Source: Telmatocola sphagniphila
GTDB taxonomy: Bacteria; Planctomycetota; Planctomycetia; Gemmatales; Gemmataceae
Length of the DNA stretch: 32,000 nt
Assembly (NCBI RefSeq): GCF_018398935.1
Contig: NZ_CP074694.1
Coordinates: forward strand, 1,740,001 to 1,772,000
Direction of reading: 5' to 3'
Position numbers and translations under genes: made by a program. Each line of letters starts with the position of its first letter. Position 1 is the first letter of the stretch. Shown here in pieces: positions 18,848-27,200 of the stretch. The notes under the pieces were generated by a model that saw only the letters and a list, made by a program, of their open reading frames with translations, did no database searches and was not told the DNA's origin.

Positions 18848-19276
18848 CTAATTCTGAGTATGAGCTTTTCGCACGTGATCGGCGGCCAGTTCGACCGGTA
18901 GATGCCAGCCGCAGTCATCGCAGGCCGGCAGTTTTTCGTAACAGTTCTTGCAATAGAGCGGGCCGCCATGCAGAAATTGTTCCAAGCGTTTGCGATCCGT
19001 TTTGGCAATCCCTTCCGATTTCATGGGGAAAGGTTCGTCGCCACCGCACTTCTCGCAGGGGTGGGTGTTATTGTCGGTTATGACCTGCTTGTAGTGGTTG
19101 TGGATTCCGCACGGCACCACCCCAGTGCCGGAACAAAGCGGGCATTCCATTCCGAATTGCGCGACAATCGCTTTTCGAATGAAGTCGCTTTTGTTGGGCA
19201 ACTTATTCAAAAAATCCGCGAGATCCTCTTCGACCTTAAAAGCGACGATCTGAGTCTTATTAGTTTTTCTCGCCAT
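18848..19276 (-). CDS. Ribbon-helix-helix DNA-binding protein fused to a Cys-rich (DnaJ-like CxxCxGxG) zinc-finger domain
   Basis: GGAAGAGGGA lies upstream of the ATG. The N-terminus TQIVAFKVEEDLADFLNKLPNKSDFIRKAIVAQF has a beta-alpha-alpha RHH pattern. It is followed by CPLCSGTG, PCGIH, CEKCGGD, CKNC and CDDC. Confidence 0.7.
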   Translation of the reverse strand: MARKTNKTQIVAFKVEEDLADFLNKLPNKSDFIRKAIVAQFGMECPLCSGTGVVPCGIHNHYKQVITDNNTHPCEKCGGDEPFPMKSEGIAKTDRKRLEQFLHGGPLYCKNCYEKLPACDDCGWHLPVELAADHVRKAHTQN

Positions 19277-19624
19277 CCGCTTGTTCCCTCTTCCTTACTC
19301 CCATTCTACTAATCGAAGCCAATAATCAACGTTTCGAGGACTATTCGAGATGCTCAGAAGTTCGAAAAAATGTCCAACTGCCCAGCCAATTCGAACGCGG
19401 ATTCCTGCCAGTAGATTGCGGACTTTATAACCATCTGTCTTTTCGGGTAAAATACTCTCAAAAACAAAAATTGAGATCGCGCCGAAACTGCCGAATTTGC
19501 ACTGGAAATAGTGAAGCGATTACCCCTGCTTCTAGACAATTTCTCTGCCAGAATAGACTTCGCCCGATGGGCCTATCTATAATTCCGGTGGTAATATTGA
19601 CCCACACAATAGTGAACAGACGGT
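19277..19624. promoter_or_regulatory. Divergent intergenic or leader region between the RHH gene and the six-gene operon
   Basis: This is the largest non-coding gap in the window (348 bp). A perfect TATAAT lies at 19578-19583, with TAGACT 18 nt upstream (19554-19559). TTCGA(G/A) occurs four times at 19333, 19344, 19361 and 19390. CTGCCAG(T/A)A..TAGA occurs at 19405 and 19545. Promoter rules for this lineage are not established, so these assignments are tentative. Confidence 0.4.
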
Positions 19625-20233
19625 ATGTTTCTCAAGACGGCTCAAATTGTCGATTGTACCGAGGCAGAAGGACCTGGTAGGCGTTTCGCGATCTGGACCC
19701 AAGGCTGCCCACTTCATTGTCCCGGATGCTGCAATCCGGAATTTATACCTGAAACTGGCGGCACCCTGCTTTCAATTGAAGAAATTGTGAAGCAGGTGGA
19801 ACTGGCCCACCAGAAACATCGAATCGAAGGGGTCACATTCCTCGGGGGGGAACCTCTGGCCCAACTGGAATCGGTGGCCGCGTTAGCTTCGGAAATTAAG
19901 ATTCGCAATCTCAGCGTTGTAGTTTTCAGCGGCTATACGATCGAAGAGATCCAATCCAGATTGAATCCCGCCGCGCAGCAGCTATTATCGGTTACAGATA
20001 TTTTGATCGATGGTCGTTATCTGAAAGATCAGCCGGATACCAAACGCCGCTGGATTGGCTCTACGAATCAGAGAATCCATTTTTTAACCGATCGCTACAA
20101 GCCGAATGATTCCTATTGGCAGAAATCGAATACACTGGAGATTCGGGTATCTGGCAATGAACTCTCGGTGAATGGTTTCCCCTCAATCGGCGGAAAAGCC
20201 TTATGGAGAAGACCCAAGCCCCTGTCGGAATGA
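19625..20233 (+). CDS. NrdG/PflA-type radical-SAM activating-enzyme-like protein (4Fe-4S single-cluster domain)
   Basis: EGPGRRFAIWTQGCPLHCPGCCNPE carries the CxxxCxxC cluster motif in the NrdG-like context. GVTFLGGEPL is the SAM-binding GGE motif. VVVFSGYTIEEI, DILIDGRY and WIGSTNQRI follow the NrdG family pattern. The protein is 202 aa. Confidence 0.8.
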   Translation: MFLKTAQIVDCTEAEGPGRRFAIWTQGCPLHCPGCCNPEFIPETGGTLLSIEEIVKQVELAHQKHRIEGVTFLGGEPLAQLESVAALASEIKIRNLSVVVFSGYTIEEIQSRLNPAAQQLLSVTDILIDGRYLKDQPDTKRRWIGSTNQRIHFLTDRYKPNDSYWQKSNTLEIRVSGNELSVNGFPSIGGKALWRRPKPLSE

Positions 20234-21333
20234 ATCTGGCCTCTCCGGTCCAAATTGATGCATTTGAAGCAAGACTAATTACGCTGGCTCGACTGCCGTT
20301 CCCGGTAGCCGCCAGCCAGCAATTTCGCAAGTATTTGCAAACCCCTTCCTTCTTACATCGGCGATTCACCTCCGACACCAGCAAATTGTTGAAGGACTCC
20401 TTGCGTAAAGGTTGCGCTTCGTCGCTGGCACGACTGGGCGGCTGGAAAAATGAAAAGGCTTGGAACGAATCGCTCCCGCCCGGACCCGTCTGGAAGCGCA
20501 ATGAGAGGCAGAGTTTAAGTCTGCACTTCTCAAGTCGATTACCGGAAATCCTGGTTCAATTCACAGCCTTGGGAATTGGCCAGTTCGAATCGCAGAAGGC
20601 CATCACGTCGAAGGAGTTGTCTCCCGGGGACCTGCTCTATTTTTTCCTGTTCTATCGCCAGGCGCGGCCGGAAAAGGAAGTCATGGCCGTTCTGCTAAGA
20701 TTACCGTTATTTCAGCAGAATCCGCTCGTTCAGCTTGCCTACCCGACCGACTTTCAGGAGTATCCAGAAGATGTTATCAGTGACTGGGAGCCGTGGATGC
20801 GCGGCCAATACGCCATGATCCTGGATGCGTTGCAAGGCTATTTGAGTGAGGAGTGGCTGAAAGCGGAAAAGGCCAAGAGTAGTATCCACTCCTGGGAGAA
20901 TATGAAAAGGCTGGGTTCGGTGTATGAAAAGTTATTCGATGGATATTTAAAAGCGGTCGAGAGCTCCGGCCGATGGGATCTGGCCCGATTTCTGTTAAGG
21001 ATGCTGAATTCCCTCTTCCAGTACCAATCTCTCTCACTCGAATTCTGGATAGAACAGTTGAAGGATCAAGATATTCCGACAAAACTGTCGGATCGCTTGC
21101 TGGTCCATCGTCAGGCGATAGTAGTCCCGAGAGTTCTAGAGCGAATGCGGCAGTGGACCGAAAGGGCTAGAGCTGTGGCGTTTTTCGAAGAAGATTATTC
21201 GAAAGCGCAGTGGTGGCTGCGAGAATGGGAAGAACATAATGGACCGCGACTGGTAGAATATGTTCGAAGGTTGACCCAGGAGGCGGAACCGCTCCGCCTC
21301 GGGAGTGGTGCAACCCGGGAGAAGCCAGCATGA
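20230..21333 (+). CDS. Hypothetical, predicted all-alpha protein (operon gene B)
   Basis: The ORF is 20203-21333. The ATG at 20230 gives an ATGA overlap with the stop of the radical-SAM gene (MNLASPVQIDAFEARL...). The ATG at 20203 is equally possible. I recognise no catalytic motifs. The C-terminus is W-rich and helical (AQWWLREWEEHNG). Confidence 0.7.
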   Translation: MNLASPVQIDAFEARLITLARLPFPVAASQQFRKYLQTPSFLHRRFTSDTSKLLKDSLRKGCASSLARLGGWKNEKAWNESLPPGPVWKRNERQSLSLHFSSRLPEILVQFTALGIGQFESQKAITSKELSPGDLLYFFLFYRQARPEKEVMAVLLRLPLFQQNPLVQLAYPTDFQEYPEDVISDWEPWMRGQYAMILDALQGYLSEEWLKAEKAKSSIHSWENMKRLGSVYEKLFDGYLKAVESSGRWDLARFLLRMLNSLFQYQSLSLEFWIEQLKDQDIPTKLSDRLLVHRQAIVVPRVLERMRQWTERARAVAFFEEDYSKAQWWLREWEEHNGPRLVEYVRRLTQEAEPLRLGSGATREKPA

Positions 21334-21899
21334 GCAGAGCCTACCGGATCAGTTTGCGAGAGAGCAGTAAACGCGACATTAGCGCATCGGATGAAATTTG
21401 CGCGGAACTCGAACTTCTGGAAATTCTCCCCGCCGAGCAGATGCGAGCGCTTTTGCAGGAAGAACTCCTCCAACGTGGTTTCACCCAGCAAGGAGAAATC
21501 CTCGTTCGGCAGAAACAGGGGTTAAATATTGAAGTGAATCCCAAGACCGGCGAGGTGAAAGTCGGCGCGGTGCACTCCTCCGAGGTCGAAGTGGAATCGG
21601 AACGGGACTGTCTGGGATTCGATGACCTGGGGCCTTCGCAAGAAGAGTTGAAAGCCAGACTTAAAAAAGAGATTGCGGCCGATCTGGAAAATAAGCTCGG
21701 CGAAGAGCAGAAGCGACTGCAGGAATTGACCAGCGAAAAGCTGGAAAAATCGGTTCAGAAAACCTCGGAGGAACTCGACCGGATCGTCAACGCCGTCACT
21801 CGGGCGGCCCTCAAGAAAAAAGCGGCCAGTATGGGCCAGATTCAAGAGATTAGCGAAGATCCCGAAACGGGTTCACTCACCATCAAGCTCGAAGTCTAA
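21330..21899 (+). CDS. Hypothetical protein with an N-terminal alpha/beta region and a C-terminal coiled coil (operon gene C)
   Basis: It has an ATGA overlap with gene B. The heptad-like charged segment is EELKARLKKEIAADLENKLGEEQKRLQELTSEKLEKSVQKTSEELDRI. Beta-hairpin-like strings are LNIEVNPKTGEVKVGAV and EDPETGSLTIKLEV. Confidence 0.7.
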   Translation: MSRAYRISLRESSKRDISASDEICAELELLEILPAEQMRALLQEELLQRGFTQQGEILVRQKQGLNIEVNPKTGEVKVGAVHSSEVEVESERDCLGFDDLGPSQEELKARLKKEIAADLENKLGEEQKRLQELTSEKLEKSVQKTSEELDRIVNAVTRAALKKKAASMGQIQEISEDPETGSLTIKLEV

Positions 21900-21902
21900 C
21901 AC

Positions 21903-23993
21903 ATGTCTTTGATTTCCGAAAAAGAACTCGCCGTCGAGCTGAAAACGGAGCAATCCGTGGAAGCGGCTTACAGCCGCGAACTGGTTCAGGTGACTGCCGA
22001 TCTGCGGCGTGGCCTGCCGACTCTAATCGAGTGCGACAAAGAGCTGGCCCCTTTTGTTTTCCTGCAAATCCGAAACCGGCTCAAGGAGTTTTCCCTGAAA
22101 TGCCAGTATCTGGATGGCCGGCAGCCCGCGACTTCCGAAGGCGGTATGACCGTCGGCTTATTGGCCAGCATACTCAACCAACTTCGCGAGGCGGTTCGCG
22201 GCGCCACCGAGCAGAAGGTCCTTATCCTTCCTCATCTGGATCTGCTGACCACCTCTCAGGGGGGCCTGACCTCCGAAGCTCGCGAAGCCGTGGTGCTGCT
22301 CTACGAAAATCCGAACATTGTCTGTCTGGGATTTAAAGACCCTTCCTTCCCATTACCGCGCGTGATTGAGAATCTTTTCCCCAGACGCGTGAATCTGCTG
22401 GGAATTCCTCGCGATCGCCTGCGCTACCTGATCACGCAAAAGGAGAGCCGCAAGTTCGGCCGGGAGTTAAATCCTTGGGCGCTTTACAAATATGTTTCCG
22501 GTATGAACGCCGTGAGATTGCGACGCGTACTGAGTACCCTGGAAGGCGAAGATTATCCCACCGATCCGCGCAAAGCCTACAGTGAAATCCGCTCTGCTAC
22601 GCTCGCTGGTTCACTGGAGATGCCGGAAGTCGATTTGAATCGCGATATCGGCGGCTATGCCAAGGTGAAAACCCGTTTACAACGAGAAATTCTGGATCTT
22701 TTGCTTCGCCGGGAACGCGCCGAGAGTGAGGAGGCTGCCAGCCGTTTGGAGGAACTAATTCCGCGCGGTCTGATTTTCTGGGGACCGCCCGGCACCGGCA
22801 AAACCTTTTTTGCAAAAGCGATGGCAACCGCCATCGGCGCGGCCATCACCATCGTCTCCGGTCCGGAACTCAAGAGCAAATGGGTCGGGGAATCGGAGGA
22901 GAATCTCAGGTTGATTTTCCACAAAGCCCGCCAGGCTGCTCCATCCATTATCGTCTTCGACGAGCTGGATTCCTTCGCTTCCTCGCGAGGTACCTACTCC
23001 GGCAGCGGCGTGGAACACTCGATGGTCAATCAGCTTTTGACGGAAATGGATGGATTCCACAAGGACGAACTGGTCTTCATCGTCGGGACCACGAACTTTG
23101 TGGAAGCGCTCGACCCGGCCCTGCTGCGCCCCGGCCGCTTTGAGTTCCATCTTCATATCCCCTACCCCGATGCTGAGGATCGCCGGGCAATTCTGAAGAT
23201 TTACGATCAGAAAATGAACCTGCAGTTTACCGAGGCGGCTTTGGAAATGGCCGTTAAGCGAACGGGCGATTTCGTTGAAGGCACGGCGGATGATACTCGG
23301 TTCAGCGGCGACCACATCAACGCCTTGTGTCGATCCATTGCACGAATTAGGCTGCGGGAAAATAAAACTGGCCCGACCGCTGCCAGCGAGATCGAACAGG
23401 CGCTGATGGAATATGTGGATACTCCCAAGCTATCGGCTCAGGAAGAACTCGTGGTGGCCACCCACGAATCGGGCCATGCGGTATGTGCCCTATTCTGCCC
23501 GAACTCCCCGCCCATCGAGCGAATCACGATTCAAAGCGACTCCGCTCGAGCTCTGGGCTACGTTCGCTATCAGGATCGCAATAATCGCTTTGTCGTCACT
23601 CGCAATGAATTACTCGATGACATCTGCGTTCTGCTCGGTGGTCGCGAAGCCGAATCGTTACTGCTGGAGGACCTTTCGATTGGTTCGAGCGATGACTTGA
23701 AGCGAGCCACCAGTTTGGCGCGTTATCTCGTCGAAGAAATCGGCATGGGAGGCGACGAAGTCGGCGTGGTGCGCTACATGGAAGACTTCCGGCAAGGTGC
23801 CACTCGCTGGTCGTCGCTTTCTGAGGAGCAAAAACAGATCCTGGATCGCCGGGTGAAAGAGATACTCAAGGAATCGCTACAGCGGGCGGCGGCGATTCTC
23901 CGCGAAAATCGCGCTCTGCTGTTATCCTTGCGCGACCTGCTTTTGGATAAAAAAGTCATCGATTCGAAAACTCTGCAGGAACTAAAAAAATAA
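21903..23993 (+). CDS. Soluble FtsH-like protease: degenerate N-terminal AAA-like domain + Cdc48-type AAA+ ATPase + M41 zinc peptidase
   Basis: Walker A GPPGTGKT is at 22782-22805 and Walker B IIVFDELD at 22947-22970. SKWVGESEENLRLIF is Cdc48/p97-like. The SRH is [28 protein letters not shown] is at 23463 onward, with a downstream GSSDDLKRAT. There is no hydrophobic helix in the first 290 aa. That region instead shows AAA-like strand/helix spacing without a P-loop (KVLILPHLDLL, VVLLYENPNIVCLGF). Confidence 0.85.
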   Translation: MSLISEKELAVELKTEQSVEAAYSRELVQVTADLRRGLPTLIECDKELAPFVFLQIRNRLKEFSLKCQYLDGRQPATSEGGMTVGLLASILNQLREAVRGATEQKVLILPHLDLLTTSQGGLTSEAREAVVLLYENPNIVCLGFKDPSFPLPRVIENLFPRRVNLLGIPRDRLRYLITQKESRKFGRELNPWALYKYVSGMNAVRLRRVLSTLEGEDYPTDPRKAYSEIRSATLAGSLEMPEVDLNRDIGGYAKVKTRLQREILDLLLRRERAESEEAASRLEELIPRGLIFWGPPGTGKTFFAKAMATAIGAAITIVSGPELKSKWVGESEENLRLIFHKARQAAPSIIVFDELDSFASSRGTYSGSGVEHSMVNQLLTEMDGFHKDELVFIVGTTNFVEALDPALLRPGRFEFHLHIPYPDAEDRRAILKIYDQKMNLQFTEAALEMAVKRTGDFVEGTADDTRFSGDHINALCRSIARIRLRENKTGPTAASEIEQALMEYVDTPKLSAQEELVVATHESGHAVCALFCPNSPPIERITIQSDSARALGYVRYQDRNNRFVVTRNELLDDICVLLGGREAESLLLEDLSIGSSDDLKRATSLARYLVEEIGMGGDEVGVVRYMEDFRQGATRWSSLSEEQKQILDRRVKEILKESLQRAAAILRENRALLLSLRDLLLDKKVIDSKTLQELKK

Positions 23994-24244
23994 TGGCGGA
24001 ATTGACCATAGAACTGCGACGCGATCCGTCTTCTGGAAAGCACGACATCCTGATCCATCTGAAATCGGATGAGGATGCGCTGCCCCACGAGCACGAGCAG
24101 ATGCATCGCGAGATGGTCGAAAAAATAATCGGTAAAGGAAAAGTGGGTAAAGTGATCGTTCAGCGCGAGACCGAAAAAATTTCCGGAGACAATCCGAGTC
24201 ACTCCCAACCTTCCTCTTCGGAACCGCAGGGGCAGACGGGATGA
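23993..24244 (+). CDS. Small 83-aa protein or peptide (operon gene E)
   Basis: Its ATG overlaps the stop of the protease gene by 1 nt (TAATG), and its own stop overlaps the next ATG (ATGA). It contains MAELTIELRRDPSSGKHDILIHL, the His/Glu patch PHEHEQMHRE, and a low-complexity tail SHSQPSSSEPQGQTG. Confidence 0.6.
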   Translation: MAELTIELRRDPSSGKHDILIHLKSDEDALPHEHEQMHREMVEKIIGKGKVGKVIVQRETEKISGDNPSHSQPSSSEPQGQTG

Positions 24245-27200
24245 TTCTCGTTTTTCGCACAGAAGCGATTCTCCGCCAGGCGCTGAAATTGAATCTGCTT
24301 CCCGAAGCGATGCTTCAGGGGCCACTGAAATACCAACGATCTCCCGAGGGAGTGCTCCGGCTGGAGACACTCAAGAAGCATTTCAAAAAGAAATCACTCG
24401 ATCAACTCTACCCGCTCGGCGTTTCAGTCGAAGACGATTTTCCGGCGGAGGAAATACTCACCACATCGCAGATTTGGCTACTGCTGAATCTGGAAGCGGC
24501 TCCTCAGGAGATAGCGCAAGTTGCCGACGGAGCGATTCTGTTTGAATTGGATGTTTTGCACGAAGCCCAGATCGTTCCCGAACTTCTCCGACTCGGTAAC
24601 GACCGCATCGGCTACTTTCCCTCCCGCTTCGAGGGGGAAATCGTGTTCTTTCGAGTGCAATCGCCGCCATTTTATACGCTCTTGCGAACGGTGGAGTCTC
24701 AACCGGGAATCTGTCGATCCTATTATGAAGCTGCTCCGAACTGCTGGGTGCGAGTCGGCTATCGCTTCGAGTTCGCCAAACGGATTCGGATTACCGCGGA
24801 GGAATTGCTTCTGGTGAACCCGGGCCGGGATTATCGCCGGATTCCCAAGGAACCTTTGATTGATGTTTACGAACGTCTGGAGTTCGAAATCTCCGGGGTG
24901 CCGCAGCCGATCCAGATCGAGAAAGTCGCCGAGAAAATCCGCATCCCGCTCCGACTGACCGATGCGGACGCGGAAAGCGACACCTCCTTGTGGGTATTCC
25001 GCGGAAAGGAAATTTCCGCTTTCGAGCAGTGGGTTCAGGGGGAGAACGAAGCGACGCTAGCCCGCTTTCTTTTCGGATTGGGGAAAGCGGAAAGTGATCC
25101 CGTCATCATCGTTCAAGCCCGGCCGACGAAGGATTTCGTTCCGTTGCTTCCGGAGTTTCCCTGCGAGCGTTATCGCACTTATTGGAAGCTTCCCAACCTT
25201 TTTTTGCCCGTCGGAAAGCGCTTGCAGCCGATTCTGCGAAGAGATCGCATTCGGGAATTACTCCTGGGAAATTCCCAGGAATTGGTCTGGTTAAAAGCGC
25301 TGCCCGATAACAATTTTCAGCTCGAATCAATTCACGAATCGTCCTTTTACCCGCTTAACGATTGGGTGGAATATGTGCTCTATCGGGAACGGCAGTCGCT
25401 CACCGAGTGGATGAACAGTTTCACGTTCGATTTCGAGGATTACCGGCTGATTGAGGAGAATTCCAGCAGACCCAAGCCACCCGATCGTGCTCCGGAAGTC
25501 AAAACAGAACAGAAAAAAGCAAGCCCGATTGTTCCGAAAGTAGAGATCGTCCAGAAATTTCTCGCAGAGGAAATCGCACCGGTTGTACCGCAGGAGGAGC
25601 CGGAGAAAAACGCCTTAAAACTGGAGCTGCAACGTTTAGAGAAAGCCTTCCTGACGTTGGAAAGTCCGATCGAATCTGAAGATCGGCAGAGGCTCTGGCC
25701 GCAAATCGCGGAATTGTGTGCGGCTCTGAATGAAGTGCAGGACGCCGGCTTATGCTGGGTCAATGCCGCCTGGCAGCTTCCAGAAATACCTGCCGAGTGG
25801 CTGGGAATGTGGAAGAATGCGGAACACCGCGTCTCTTGGGACCCGGAAGATCGGTGGAAGAATCCACTCCCGGAAAATCCGAGTGCGAGCGAGTTGCGTA
25901 TGCTGGCCGTGGAGGTGCTGGCTGCACTCAGTTCGCCTGTCGTTTCGACCTCGATTTCAGCTCGATTAACGGAGTTGATGAGCTACTTCGAAAAATACGA
26001 TTCTCTCCTGTCTGTACGAACCGCTTGGCTTCTTTGGCAAAAAATGCTCACCGTCGCCGGCAAGGATATTCTGCGGCTGGCCAAAGTGCGGGATCGCCTC
26101 CTGGAGCGGTTGCGAATTTCCGGGCTCAATCTCGAAAAAGACCTGCCGATGTTTCTCCGCTACGGGGAGGACAAGGAAGGTGAACGCCTGCGTGGAGTCC
26201 GTTCGAATCTCGAAACGCTTCGGGACAACGTTCGAAACTGGCACAAGGATACGTTGGCTGTCAACGAGCCATACATTGATCTCGTCTTTGCCTTTGGCAT
26301 GGCCAGATTGGGCCAGGAAACTACCGCGCAGGAGTACGTGCAGAAGGCCAGCCAGAAATTAGCCCATCGGGAGATCGTAAGTAAACCGAAGAGCAAAAAG
26401 GATCTGGTCGGTCCCTTTTTGCTGAAAGCCTTCTCGTACCGAATCGAACAAGCGATTGAACGGAAGCCGACCAATAATCTTTTCCCGGAAGAATTTGTCC
26501 TGGAACTGCTCGCGATTCAGGCTCAGTCCTCAACCGGGAATTCGCTGAGTAGTACCGAGTTCTATTCAATCGAACGATTTTTCGAACTCTCCTGGATACT
26601 ATCTCCCAACGGCGCTCCCGATCCTTATCGCAAGAGCAAAGAGCAGAAGCCACTCCTGTTGGAACTCGACAAGCTATTGGAATTGCGAAATCCGGAACGG
26701 ATGGTCGAACGATTCAAGACGCTTCAGACTGAAGCCAGTCGACAGAAAGACAAGATCTATCGAGAATTGTTGTTATTCGCAAAATCGCTGCCGCTGGCCG
26801 CCGGCATGGGCGAAGAGTTCGCCGTGCGAATCCTCAATCAGGTCCCCAAACTTTGGGACGAGTTGAGAGCAGTGCCGGAAACCCTCGCCAGTGAGTACAA
26901 AATCTACGCCGGGGAAAATGAGATCGCCTTGTTGCAGCAGGCCTTACTTCTGGCCGCCCATTTCAACCAGGTGGCACTGGCTAAAGAATTATTTTTGCGG
27001 CTATCGAATCACCTCAAAAAGTTAAACCCGGCCAATCTCTACACTTCGGCTCAGAAAATTGCTCGGAGTGTGGTGCGCGGTTTGCGAAAGTTGGGATTGC
27101 GCGAGGAACTGAAGAAATTCATCGAACAGGTTTACGCTCAGCTGGTTCCCAAAGGAGACCTCGCCCAGGCCCGGGTGTCCAGTGGAAAGGACTGGCCCGA

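Noticed and set aside
19354-19539. The 61-aa minus-strand ORF inside the 348-bp intergenic region. I considered it as a possible small regulatory protein.
   Set aside because: It has no RBS-like sequence and a low-complexity translation, and it would overlap the likely promoter elements. I treat the region as non-coding, although a small RNA or leader cannot be excluded.
20141-20158. The string IRVSGN in the radical-SAM protein, which resembles the glycyl-radical motif RVxG[FWY].
   Set aside because: It lacks the aromatic residue after Gly, it lies in the activase itself rather than at the C-terminus of a large GRE fold, and a 4-residue match is easily chance. The VRVGY string in the 1124-aa protein also does not fit the motif spacing.
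23774-24370. The 198-aa minus-strand ORF spanning the junctions of operon genes D, E and F.
   Set aside because: It is antisense to three well-supported, translationally coupled genes. Its translation is R/S-rich with no motifs, so it is a typical shadow ORF in moderately GC-rich DNA.
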